From contig CAJFCJ010000014.1 in NCBI GenBank assembly GCA_904063045.1, forward strand, positions 1,609,643 through 1,673,642: a stretch of DNA of 64,000 nucleotides, read 5' to 3'. Under the pieces are notes generated by a model that did no database searches, was not told the origin of the DNA, and saw nothing but the letters and a program-made list of their open reading frames with translations. Of this stretch, positions 36,701-48,951 are shown piece by piece (position 1 is the stretch's first letter; every line of letters starts with the position of its first letter). Position numbers and translations under genes: made by a program. The stretch comes from Dimorphilus gyrociliatus (lineage: Eukaryota > Animalia > Annelida).

Positions 36701-39384
36701 TTATTACCACGATTGCGTAATAGAATCAGCCGCGAATATCGTACATTACAGAGGAGCTGTTGTCGAATTAAGTAATATTAGAACAACGAAACTTTCTTAT
36801 AATTTCATATAATAAGTTAATTGATTATTAAAATTTGTATTTTGCAGCAAATTACCATTGCAGCAATGAGAAAGTCTACGCAATTGAGCATAAAGTTCTA
36901 ATTCCCAATATGAATGTATCTTTTACTCATTTCTCTCCAAAATTTCAATGCACAAACGATAGAGGTGAAAAAATGAAAACTCTAGCAGTCTCCACCTATG
37001 ATTTTGGAGATAGTAAACCTATGAAGGGATATACTCTTGGCAATATCGATATTGAAGATAAGGACTTGAAAAGTTTAAAATGCATGTACACATATGATAG
37101 GACAGAATATGTACTGGGTGCGGAACTCACATACTTTTATTTACTTCCCCCGTTGGCTAGTTTTGTCAGTGATAGACAGCCGTATTTCTATTATGAGGAA
37201 GATAGAGACAAACTAATATGCGAGTTCGACATAGAAGTGCAATGTAAGTAGCTTACGCCCTCTGGTTGTGCACCTGTATAATAAATATGCCTTTTTAATT
37301 CAATAATTATATCTAATATATTGTAGATGGACCAACTGATGTAAATATTTCTGTAAGTGACGTTGATAAGAATATTGTTCATTGTAATTTTACTGGAAGA
37401 TATGTAAACTTGATCAATACAAACTGGACGGTAAGTTTTTATTAATCTTTATCCAATTTTCTCCTCCTGTGTAAACAGTAATGTTATTTTGTTCAATTCC
37501 AGGTGAATGGAGAACTTCAGCTGCCTACTGAAAATTTCATTGATTTATCGAATTTACCGTCTCCATCAAGAGTTACTTGTGAGCCTTGCCTCGAATTCCA
37601 AGACGGTAGTATACAATGCAAACAAAGCGAAGAATTTATTTGGACTAGTCCAAGTAATAAATTATGCATAAATAATTATATAATCATTTTTTACTAAAAC
37701 GATAATTCACCTATGAAAATAGTACCCTACATTTCTGTTTCTCCTACAAACTTTGCTGTTTACCAGGGCCGAGCTTATTTCTCTTTCTCATGCTCGCCAT
37801 ATCCAGAAGATAATAAGATTGTAGGTAACGCATTTAAAGTTGAAAACAACGATATATCTGTTTATATGGCGAATGAGAATAGAATCATTGCTGAATACGC
37901 TAATGATTATGAACTGGAATACAATGGAGCAGTAAGAACCATCTTTTATACAAAGCCAACAGATTCGTATAAGGATCATCTCTATCATGAGTGTGTCCTT
38001 AAAGAGAACAGATACAGAGCTACTCTGACAGTTTTATGTAAGGGGATCATCTATTTATAATTTAAAATCTTATGATGTAATTATTTAAACCAACAGCCAA
38101 TTTTCAATGTCAAGATGACCCTCTGATTGTTATAGAAAGACGAAACACTTCAATGATTATGAGAGTTGATTTTGTACATTATTCACCTGAAGTAGTATGC
38201 ATAGGAAATGAAGGATTATTAAGTCAAACTTTCGGTATAACAGAATATACTAAAACTGATGTCAAACAACCAATGGAAGGTTTTACTAATGCTTATGTAA
38301 CAATCAATGATAGAAATGTTAAAAATATCCAATGCGCATTCATGTACGATCCTAGTAATTATGTTCTTATTGATGAAGCTATCCACGCTTTTTCGCTTCC
38401 TCCCGAAGGCTCATTTATAGACCTTTTTCAGCCCACAATGGCTGAAAATGATGATATTGAGAAAGTAACCTGTAAACGGCCAGTTGAAGTTCAATGTAAG
38501 CGATTTTTATTTACACAGTTTTCACAATCTGATTATTTTTATAATCTCGATATGTTCTTTTATTTCGAAAAAAAGATGGTCCTGAGAATATCAGATGTGA
38601 AGAAACAGCTGCTAATTCGAGAATTGTAAAATGTATTTACACTGCAAAAGTGACAAGACTTTTAAGAGTCAACTGGACGGTTTGTACAACATATTAGAAG
38701 GAAAGAATACCTTAAACAAATCAATAATATATCTAAAATAGGTTAACAATGATGAAGTTAACGGTCAAACTGATGAAACTATTGATCTTACCGATAGAGA
38801 AGAGGAGTTGTCTGTAAAATGCCTACCGTGCGTTGAATTCTATAACTCAGAGATCAATTGCGCAGAAGGAAGTGTGTTAAATCTGCCAGCAATTCAAGGT
38901 AATATTTATATACTAAAAGTTACAATCTAATTAGTATAATCAAGTTACGTATTAAATACAAGAAAGTGTAATTACAATTATAATTTCAATAGGATCAACT
39001 TCAAAAAATCCAACTTCAACAGAAAAGACTACAACAAGATTGACTTCAACAGTAAAGACTACACCGGAATCAACTTCAACAGAAAAGACTACAACAAGAT
39101 TGACTTCAACAGTAAAGACTACACCAGAATCAACTTCAACAGAAAAGACTACAACAAGATTGACTTCAACAGAAAAGACTACACCAGAATCAACTTCAAC
39201 AGAAAAGATTACAACAAGATTGACTTCAACAGTAAAGACTACAACGAGATCGACTTCAACAGAAAAGACTACACCGGAATCAACTTCAACAGAAAATACA
39301 ACTCCCTCTTCAGCCACAAAGATATACTTTAGTTGGCTATATGCTTCAATTTTCTCGATGATTTTTGCCTTAATTCTATCGTAG
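33715..39384 (+). CDS. GPI-anchored Ig-superfamily protein: signal peptide, four tandem triple-Ig-like units, Thr-rich stalk, GPI signal
   Basis: Four 4-exon units at about 33715-34968, 35082-36344, 36411-37653 and 37723-38898. Shared motifs: A(V/L)YEG..NFSFSC; Y.C; NFTHFSP.F.C; C.FTYD; YGP..V; NWT|VNGE; TC.PC.EF. Last exon 38993-39384 gives the stalk and SSATKIYFSWLYASIFSMIFALILS*. Confidence 0.8.
39013..39312 (+). repeat. Coding minisatellite: 10 x 30 bp, mostly alternating TSTEKTTTRL / TSTVKTTPES
   Basis: Unit ACTTCAACAG(A/T)AAAGACTACA + ACAAGATTG or CC(G/A)GAATCA. Confidence 0.95.
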
Positions 39385-39605
39385 AACTTCATTTCTAATA
39401 GAGTATATGAATTTTATATAATATGGATTTCTTATTTGGAAATCGATGATTTATCATAACCAATTAATTAATTAATTACTTAATCAATTAAGCAATTTAA
39501 CAAGTTTAATACAAATTTAGCAATAATTGTATTTTTGTAATATTTTATATTAGAATGCAAGTATATGCTATTTTATATAGATATAAATTACATAAAATAG
39601 ACGTT

Positions 39606-41287
39606 TTATATTATAGTTTCTATATATAGTGGCACAGTTTCAAAATTCTCCCTATCGCATTTACTTTGACAAAATTTTGATAACAAAAAACAACCTTCAC
39701 CATTTTTACTTGTCGGAATAAATTGATCTAATTGATAATTTTCAAATAATCCGTATTTCAATTGATCGTTCATCCAATAGGATTTAAATGATAAAGTTAA
39801 TAAAGAGAATAAGTCAAATAATGCATAATTTTTATTTGATGGGTCGGAAATAAATTGACGAATATTTTCTGTTATATAGTATGAACTTGGAAGTAGATTA
39901 TCCTTTTCAATAAGAAAACGGCACTTTTGTAAGCACAGAAACCATAAACTAGGTGGCCAGGTTTGAAAAATATCGCCTTTTAATGTTTTAATCACTAAAT
40001 TTCTTTGAATAGGCTCGTTTAATTCTTTTAAAAGTAAACTAATTAAATGTAATCCATTACTTCTTATTAGTAAGCTTTCAATAATAAAACGTGACATTAT
40101 CTGGAATCTTGATCCAAAATCTTTTTGCTTTTGTAGATAGCCGACCAATGAAAGATTTATGTTTGCAGGATGAGTGATTGGGCTCAAAAATGTAAACCCT
40201 AATTTATTCATTAGTGTTAAATCAGTCTTATTCCATCCGTCTAATTGATATTCTAGATCGGGTGAAAGAATTTTATAATCAACTTGAATTTCAAACATTC
40301 TCCATTGACAAACCGAATTGGAACAAACTTTTTGCAACATACGGGAACATTTACAGTTCTTAAAATGGGATATTACAATTTCTCGCAAGTGCTGTTTACG
40401 AAGCTTTTCCCTGTAGTTTGAGCATAATTGAATGCTATAGATAATTGACTCATTTCTCGCTATAGATTCTTCCAAGAATTCATGATAAATTTCATTCATT
40501 TCCGGTTTGCAAGAATGCTGATTATCCGTAAAATATTCTTCTCCGTTAAATGTTATTACTTTAAGGCCACGGTTAAATTTATAAGTTATAAAAGAAATAT
40601 TTAGTTCTGAATGGAAGCTGTCTTGTTCAATTTGATGAACTACAGCAGCTGAATTAACAATACGATAATCCGTAAATAGATTCTTTATCTTCTCTAACTG
40701 ACATTTCATAGGAAAGACAGCAATAGTAGATATTAAAGAGACGAATGACGAAAGTAGACCGAGAGTAAAACCAAATCCAAACTCAATTTTAACAGTTTTA
40801 TTCTCTGTTTTCTTGACCCAACTATGCTTTGTACAGCCGATTGAAAAAATAATGCATGCGATAGTCGTTAAGAGGAATGTAAGAGAGCAGAGAGGGAATA
40901 TAATGCACTTTCCAATAACGGGTGAACGAACAATGGTACAAACGAAAAATGTTACGTTATGTTCAACTATTATTAAAACGGCACTTGTTATCATGATAAT
41001 TGTAGTAGCATCTCTCCAAACTATATAAAAAAAAGCGTTAAAACAAATATTGACTTGTTTTAAATATAAGCACGGCACTAACCTAATGTTGAAATAAACT
41101 TGAGAAAATTTGACTTGTCTTCAAATAATCCCAAGTTTATTTTTGTTGCGTTATCCTCTGACTGTTCGATAATCTTCACTGTAAGCCAATCCGATGAGAA
41201 TAATGATTTCATGTGAATGTACAGATTAAGACACGATAGTAGTATAATTGCTGCTAATAAAGAGTAAGTCTTAGTTGTTAGCGCCAT
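39606..41287 (-). CDS. Claudin/PMP22-like four-TM domain fused to a probable Mab-21/cGAS-like nucleotidyltransferase-fold domain (539 aa)
   Basis: Exon 1 41287-41083, 62-nt GT-AG intron, exon 2 41020-39606. W...GLF motif in loop 1, four hydrophobic helices, FGFGFTL before TM4. C-terminal IQVDY, LGFTFLS, FIIESLL, IKTL, W, CLQ, LP.SYYI.EN parallel Mab-21 motifs. Domain identity is inference. Confidence 0.6.
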
Positions 41288-41384
41288 AATCTCGTTATAT
41301 TTCAATACATCCAGAGACTAGCGACAGTTGTGGAAGATCCAATAGTAGGCATATGAGAACGAAAACCAGAGGGACACAGAAAAG

Positions 41385-41780
41385 AGAAAGAGGGAGAGCA
41401 GAAAGAGCAGAGAGAGAGAGAGAGGGAGAGAGAGAGAGAGATAGAGGGAGAGAGGGAGAGCAGAGCAGAGAAAAAATTGAGCGCTTATAGTAGTAGTAAG
41501 GAGAAAGCAGAAGGAGCGAAGGTAGTGAGATTGGGATGGCTGACAACAAGTAATAGAGTAAGAGAGAAAGAGATACAGTTGAAAAACAACTAGAGATGAA
41601 AGTTGAAAGAGCAATAGCAAAATTAGAACTAGATTTAAATGTAACACTATTTGCACACAAATAAAAATAGTACGAGAAAAATAGTGAAATTTAGAGATAT
41701 GCAAATTGCCGAACAGAAGACAGAATAACAGCGAGGGAGAGAGAGAGAGAGAGAGAGAGACAGATAGGAGAGAGAAAAAG
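41385..41780. repeat. GA-rich microsatellite blocks (about 41385-41475 and 41735-41780)
   Basis: Direct reading; accounts for the spurious Ser/Leu-rich minus-strand ORFs at 41295-41803. Confidence 0.85.
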
Positions 41781-44109
41781 GGAATGTTAAAAGAAGAGAG
41801 CAAAAATTGTAAATCGAATAGACTGTAATCTTTCTATCTTATGAGAATATACAGCGAATATAGCACAACTTTTCAACTATGAATCATCCTGCTCTTTGTA
41901 TCTTTTCAGTTTCATTGAAGTTTCCATTCTATATTACATAATAATAGGTGAATTTTAATACGAAAAGAAGTGTTTTTATAAACTCTATACAATATACATC
42001 ATCATATAAAGTATATAAACTTGTTTTTGAAGAGTTTCTTTAATATTTTCTAAATAATACTTGCGTGTATAATAATTAACATAAGCAGCAATGAATATTT
42101 ATCCAATAAACCCGTAAAACGTAAATTTTTATTTAATAGTCGTATGTTTACAACTATGCAATAGATAGCTAAATATAAAAGCGTATAGTATTCTATTATA
42201 AAATATTCAAAGATATTGAAAAATTTAGGTTAAATTACAACATTATAGAGTCTCGCAGAGAAATATTGTATATAGTTTATACGTTAAAACAAGAATTGCT
42301 CTCTAATTACGATTTTAACAGTAAAATTATTTCGTTAATTAAAGAATATTATAAAATTTAAATATTTATTAATTATTACATAACAATAATATTTTATTTA
42401 GATATTTTATAGCATTCCCATCTCTTCCACTGATTATTTTTCATCGCTCATTATATTTAATCTTTCAATAGATAGATTCAATTTAGTGAATAAAATACCT
42501 ATACCATAATTTCCCTATCTATTTATTATTAATGAGATTAAAAAAAACAACTAATGAATTAATGGACACCTTAAAGCTCCTCTTTTTATTTATTTCAATA
42601 GAAATCATACACAGAATACCATTAATGTGTGCTATCCATTTAACTTTATTAGTTTGTTATTATACCTAAAAGGTAATTAATCTATTATTATACTCTCTCT
42701 CCCCAAATAGAGATTTCTAGATTTTTATCGACCTTTTACAGTTTTTAAAACTTTTAGCCTACTTTAGTAGGATTAAGTAATACTTTTGGATATTTCCTTC
42801 ACAATAACATATTTAATATAGAAGATATTTAATAAAATAAAACGAGGTAATTAACAAAAGAGGAAGAATACATAGAGTAAATTATTATTTATAACCAAAT
42901 GGTTGTAATTTTTAACGCATGATTGATAAAAAGGAATTATCTTTATCATCTCGACATTTACTCTATAAGATTGTAATTCGTTGTATAAAAGCCTGTCCTA
43001 AAATCGGTATAATTGTATACAATAACTCGGTATTACTATTGTATCGACTCTTTAGACCCTAAAGTTAGTTATAAAATAAGTAAGTATTCTATTTTATGAA
43101 GCCAGCTTGTTTATTACTAGAACAGAATTAACTTACCTTCAAAATAGTGAGAGTACTTCAATATCTTCCAACCAAGTTAAGGAGCAAAAGTGACATATCC
43201 CATAATGCAAAGAAAATAAGAATAAGAAATATAGGACAATGAGCTTACAAAAGCTAAATGATTAAAGTTAATGGTTGTGTGTTAAAGTTTATCCATAAAG
43301 TAAAGAATTTACAGTATATACAGTATATATATACATACTGTATATGATACTTAATAGGTATAAAGTGAAATTGACAGTTGTACAGTACATAGAACATATG
43401 TAAGAAGTATTTTAGGTTAATAATTATATTTAATTATAGTTTATAATAAATTTAATATGTGTCAGCAAATACTCGGAATAATATACAAAAAAACAAACCT
43501 TAAAAACCTAGTTGAATATGTAATAAGAAACCAGACTGTTTTGTAAACACCTAGTTGAAATGTTTGCATTTAGGGCTTTCATCTTAAGTAAACAGTTAAA
43601 AAGGCAGGAGTTGAAATAGAATTTTTGTCACCTTTTTTTTAACCTCTTCTACTTAGAGCTTGATATGAAATTCTTAGCTGTATATTCTGATATTTATATA
43701 TAAATATATATATAGTAACCACTTTATGTCGTTTATTGTTATATCAGATCTTTAAAGTTGATTCTTTTTCAGAACAATAAAGTATTGTAAATACTCTTCG
43801 TAAATGGAAAAGAAGTAGCCATAAATGAAATAGACATACAAAATATTTTTGATATGATGTCGGGTATATTTAAATTTATACGAAAATAATAGAAAGAAAA
43901 CATTATAGCTAAGAATGGAAAATTGAAGATTTTGTTTTTTTTTTCACATATCAACAACACATCTTCTCTCAGTCTTTTTTTTAAGCATTAAGATAATTAA
44001 CAAACAGTTAAATCCCTTTTGAAGAAAGCTGAAAAAGAATACAGTATAACAAGAACAAGAAGAAGAGGAGGAGGGGGAAACGCGTGGGAAGATTGATGAT
44101 ATTGACGAA

Positions 44110-47100
44110 TTATAGATTAGAAAATTCGTTTGTCAAATATCCTTCTTCATCGACGTATCTACTAAACGGCTCCTCGAATATTGGAACTCTTGCTCTCCGA
44201 CATCCTTCTTTTTTCACATCTTGCTTATTTCTTCTATACATGTATACTAGCAGAAAGGCAATTGTAATGATCAGAATAAGAGCAATTCCTAAAAAAGATT
44301 TTGAAAATAAAGGTTATTAAATGAAAGGACAAAAAGTAAAAGAGAATCAAAGGTCACATACCCAAAAGCACAAACGTAATTGGAAAACTTTGATTGGCTT
44401 CCATAACTTTAGTACTTGTAACTTTAGGGCAAGAAACCCCTTTCGCATTAGATAGATGAAACTCGTTCCAGAACGCCACTGACCTGGCGCTAGGAAAAAT
44501 GAACGAATATAAGTATAATTAAGAAAACATATTTAAATATATGCAGTCTACAACTTACCGAAAGTCACTTTTCTGTGAGTTTTTGGTTAATTGACTAGAA
44601 AATTCAAAATAATGGCGATTGAAGAAAGTGTAAGAGTACCAATATAAACCTTCTTTGTTGAAACCTTTATTCTTCCTTCCATTAGGGTTTCTAGAGCATT
44701 TAAGACAAGAGATATTTTTAATTAAGTGGAAAGCACTCTAACATCCGTTACATTAAAAGATAATCCTATTTAGTGGTATAACTCTTAAGAGTTAGTCTTA
44801 AGAACTAGGCTCATATAATTTTATCTTAATATTTGTCAGCTTAACATTCCTAAATATTTTAATTAGACATTATTAGTTAGCTTAACCCTTAAAAATTTGA
44901 TTTTCAAAGGATAGTAATTATTTACTAGGGTTTATAAGAAAATTCTATTGACAAATGGAATTAACAACAAGACTCTAAAGGATCCAATAAGGGCAAACGA
45001 TTCTTTTGAAGTCGATAACAAAACCAACCCTATCTGTTCTAAAATTCTTTTAATAACAAGTATTTCCCACTTTTCTCTTTCTTTTCTGTTTGGTTTAAAG
45101 TCCTCTTCTTTTTTTATCATTTTTGTTTCAGAGTACACCGAATATCGAGCGTATTCAAATAGCCAACATAAATTTTAACGAACAATAGATAGCGATGTTG
45201 ATAAATCGGCAACAACTTAACCGAAGCCTTTACAGCGTAAACTGTCACAACAGCCTATTATTTAGTAGTTTAGATGTCAATTGATACATAACCCAGTTAG
45301 ATTATTTTTCTTTAATTAAGTAGGGCATTTTTAAATAACAATGCCTTGTCGGTGCATTCTATTCTCTCGAAATATCTGTTAAATTATTCAATTAAAGGCT
45401 AATTAAATAATTAATTACAAGATGACATAATTGTTAAATGCTCGTGTAGTATTAAAAAAAAGTAAATTTAGAAAGGGAGAGTAGGAGTGGGTATGTGCGA
45501 GCGTGTGTGCCAAGGAGGGTTACTTAGACATCTGGCGTGATAAAATCAAATAACATTTTTTCCGATATTTTGTCAATAGTACAACAATACTAGAGAATTT
45601 TTCATTAAAAAGAGGTGAGAAGGACAGTTGTGAGATTAAAAACATCCATGTCGTTAATCGAGATTGTATAACATCTAAGAGTTCAATTTCTTTGTCCTAG
45701 AGAGAAACAGTTCTTTGTTTTTCAACTACTCCATCTATGTTATTATTTACCGCACAAAGCGACGCACCTGGCGTTCTGTATATTTTTTTGACAAAGACGC
45801 TGAACAATGTATAACTTTTGCGTTCGGCGTATTGCAAACTTGATAGTTTGTAAAGCTAACCGTTTTTTACTCCGTTATAAATAATTAAGCCCATAATATA
45901 TACAATGGACAGTAACCGTAAACAAACGCCTTTGTTAATAAACATTATAATATTGATAACCTATACAATCTGACCAGCGTTTCGCATTGTAATTTCCAAT
46001 GGCTAAATGGGAATTTGATTATAGTGATAACGACTCCCAATCTCCCCGACATATTTTCCCTATCAATCGAGTGGGTCGTTTTCTTATTTTCTTTATAATC
46101 TAGAGCTGACAGATTGCAAATGAATCAAAGAGAAGCTAAGAAACTCTGGCGACAAGCTTAGTCTTATAATCTCAGCAAGAACACCAAAAAAAAAAAAGCT
46201 CTGTGACAACTAGTCTCTTCTTAATCAGTATCTAATCTCTACAATTTCCAAATTTGTCCATACTTAACTACCTTTGTTTTTTCAATGGTTAGCCTTGAAT
46301 TTCACGGTAATTTGAACTGCTGATAACTTCTTTATCTTATTTTTTGATACAATTTTATTATTCTTTAACCCTAACTATTTATATATTAGTTGCATAATCT
46401 ATATTACCATGGAATAAACACTAATAAAAACATAAACGCTTGTTTGCTATGTAGTTAACTTTTAAAGATATTCTTATTTTAGTTGATTGATCTAATAAAC
46501 TTTAGTATTTAACAGTTGATGATAAACACAGGACCTTTATTTCGTCAACTAAACCCATACTTTAGCACGTACTTGATAAAAAAATACTGAACCCCTTAGC
46601 GTACATTCAGTAAACTTTCGTACTTTCTTCCCCTAGTTTATACAAGATAACAAGTCCACAGAGATTACATAATCTGTATGTTCAACACGATGTACGTTAA
46701 CGCCTTTCTTTTCTATATAGTATCTAAAGTTTTGAATAGATTTTATATATATTAAACAGTATATATAAACTAAATATATTGCATATAAAAAAAGACTATT
46801 ATGGTGACTCTTTATGAAAGATTAATATCTGATAATACAAGCACTTACAGGAATGGTTCCGACTAAAAATAAGACAATAATAATAGTTTTCATTGTTATA
46901 GTTATTGAAAGAGACTATTTTTTTCGTTCAATAAATAAAATAAAAAACCCTAAAACACAAATTTACTTGTTCCTATTTTGTATAGACATATATTTATATA
47001 AATAAATATAAATATAAATATTGAACGTATTTAACTTAAGAATAGCTATGCTAATAGCTTCCTGTTAATTCAAAGCTTTTAGGAAAAGAGCAAAATACTA

Positions 47101-48364
47101 ACCTTTCTTTAATGAAGAGTTTAAACGCGCTTAAAAAGTAGTCTTTTAACTTCAAATCCGAGTCAGAAAGACCCCCCAGATCGGTGAATATAAGATCACT
47201 AATACTGTAGTTTCCAATATTGTTAAAAAGATACAAATAATTGTTATTATTATCGATTAAATTAGCTGATAAAGCATTCATATATCGTATAACCGGAGAA
47301 TTGACAAACAAATCATTGATCAATTCTTGCTTGTTATCTGTTCTACAATCTCCATATTCCAATCGTAATAGAGCTATAAAATTATTGATATCGGATAAAA
47401 ATTCAGAATGAACCGATTGTTGAATACTGAAAGTTTTTCTTAACTTTTCAATTCCCATCATAATTGGAACGAATATTTTTGGTTTAATTCTTCTAGTTAT
47501 TTCCTTAGAGGTAGGAGGATACCAATTATAGTTTTTAGACACTGAGAATAAAGTTTTTAAAGGCAAGTTCCTTGTGCAATCTAATAGTGATGAACCTGAA
47601 CATTTAAAGTCATAAATGAGATCTCTTTCCGAGGCTAATTTATAATTGTGTAAATAAGATCCACCAATGAGTATAACAGAATGTATCTGAGACATTTTAG
47701 ATTCTCTCAGAGAGTTTTCTCCGTTCAATAAATGACTTACACATACGGCATTTAATTCGCTACCATATAAAGATATAGACTTTTTGTCACCTCCAAAAAA
47801 GTCTAGCTGATCTGTTATCCAGTTGAATGCTGTTTTTTGATCCTCCAAGCCTATATTATGGCTTAAAAATCCTAATATATCATTTCTATATTGAACTTCT
47901 ATAATTATGATGTTAAGACTGTTACTTAACTTTGCACATGTTCTCCAATTCAATTTCTTTGTGGAGAAGACGACAAGAACGGGAAGCTTATTTCGAATAT
48001 TTTCGTAATTATATAATACGGTTTTATTTAAGGGAACGTATATATCCAAAAATAGGCAACTCTCTTCCGAATTGAGATTTTCACTATTTGGGCAAGGTGC
48101 ACGAAATTTTCCAGTTTCGTCCGCCCTTATAATATAATTAATATAACTGTTTGACCATCTTGGATTTGCTTTATCCAACTTAGCGTACTCGATCCCGCGA
48201 AACAACGAAATAAGAAATTTTCCTCCATTATCGCGAATAGTTTGACTCTCCACTTTTCCTCCTTTTATACCAATAAGAAATTTTTCTTCCCGAAAAAATT
48301 CAGTTTGATTATCATAGAATGATAAACAAATAGTTACTTGCAGTAAAAGATAGATAAACAGCAT
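44110..48364 (-). CDS. Non-catalytic carboxyl/cholinesterase-like type I membrane protein (neuroligin/gliotactin-like; 566 aa)
   Basis: Exons 48364-47103, 44690-44559, 44489-44362, 44288-44110; sum 1701 nt in frame. FRGIEYA, SEESCLFLDIYVP, GLEDQ.TA..WI.D....FGGD, RNPN, RARSVAFWN, then TM PITFVLLGIALILIITIAFLLVYMY. Nucleophile elbow reads YGSELNA rather than GESAG. Confidence 0.85.
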
Positions 48365-48951
48365 ATTTCATGTTGTTTTCAGTGTATACTTCATAGCGGC
48401 TTTCATATCTACTTTTTGAACAAGAAAATGGTGTACGCGTTTCACCGTACAATTATTCTCGAGCTCGCTGATTCGATAATTTTTTCTATATTTTTTGATA
48501 TATAAATTATATATTCAATACAAGTTTACAATTCTTATTAGTTTATAGTATAAATTGTATTTATTTTAACACGTATTTTATTTCTCATTTGAGCGAAAAA
48601 ATGTCTATTGAGCTAAATTTGTTCAAAGTAAATAATCTTTTTTTTTGCAACTCTTTATAGTTTAAGCTTTCTTTTATTTTATTGATATTTAATCAGGTTT
48701 TATTAAAACATTTATTTACATAGCAAGATAACAAGTAAAAAAAATTATCAGAAAATGAATGGTGATGATCTTAAATTCAAATTCTCTTTCAGCTATCAGC
48801 GCCATCTATTCGATATTTTCGTCTCTTCAATCGATCTTCAAGACTATCTGTAGTTTTTAGGGAAACTTTTAAATACTAATCGTTTTTGTATAAAAAGTTC
48901 GTTTTTAGAAATTTATAATTTATTTTGACAATTGTTTGAAAATGTTTGGTT

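Noticed and set aside
38952-39392. Minus-strand Val-rich repeat ORF
   Set aside because: Antisense shadow of the Thr-rich coding minisatellite.
41295-41803. Two Ser/Leu-rich minus-strand ORFs
   Set aside because: Produced by GA/CT microsatellite; no protein-like features.
43130-43260. Minus-strand segment ending in a strong donor (GAAG|GTAAGT)
   Set aside because: No open coding frame; at most a 5' UTR exon of the claudin-like gene, which cannot be shown from sequence.
44008-44109. 33-codon open frame after the TAA of the cholinesterase-like gene
   Set aside because: No leaky-stop context or hairpin, and low-complexity CT-rich sequence; it would also mask the SNL terminus.
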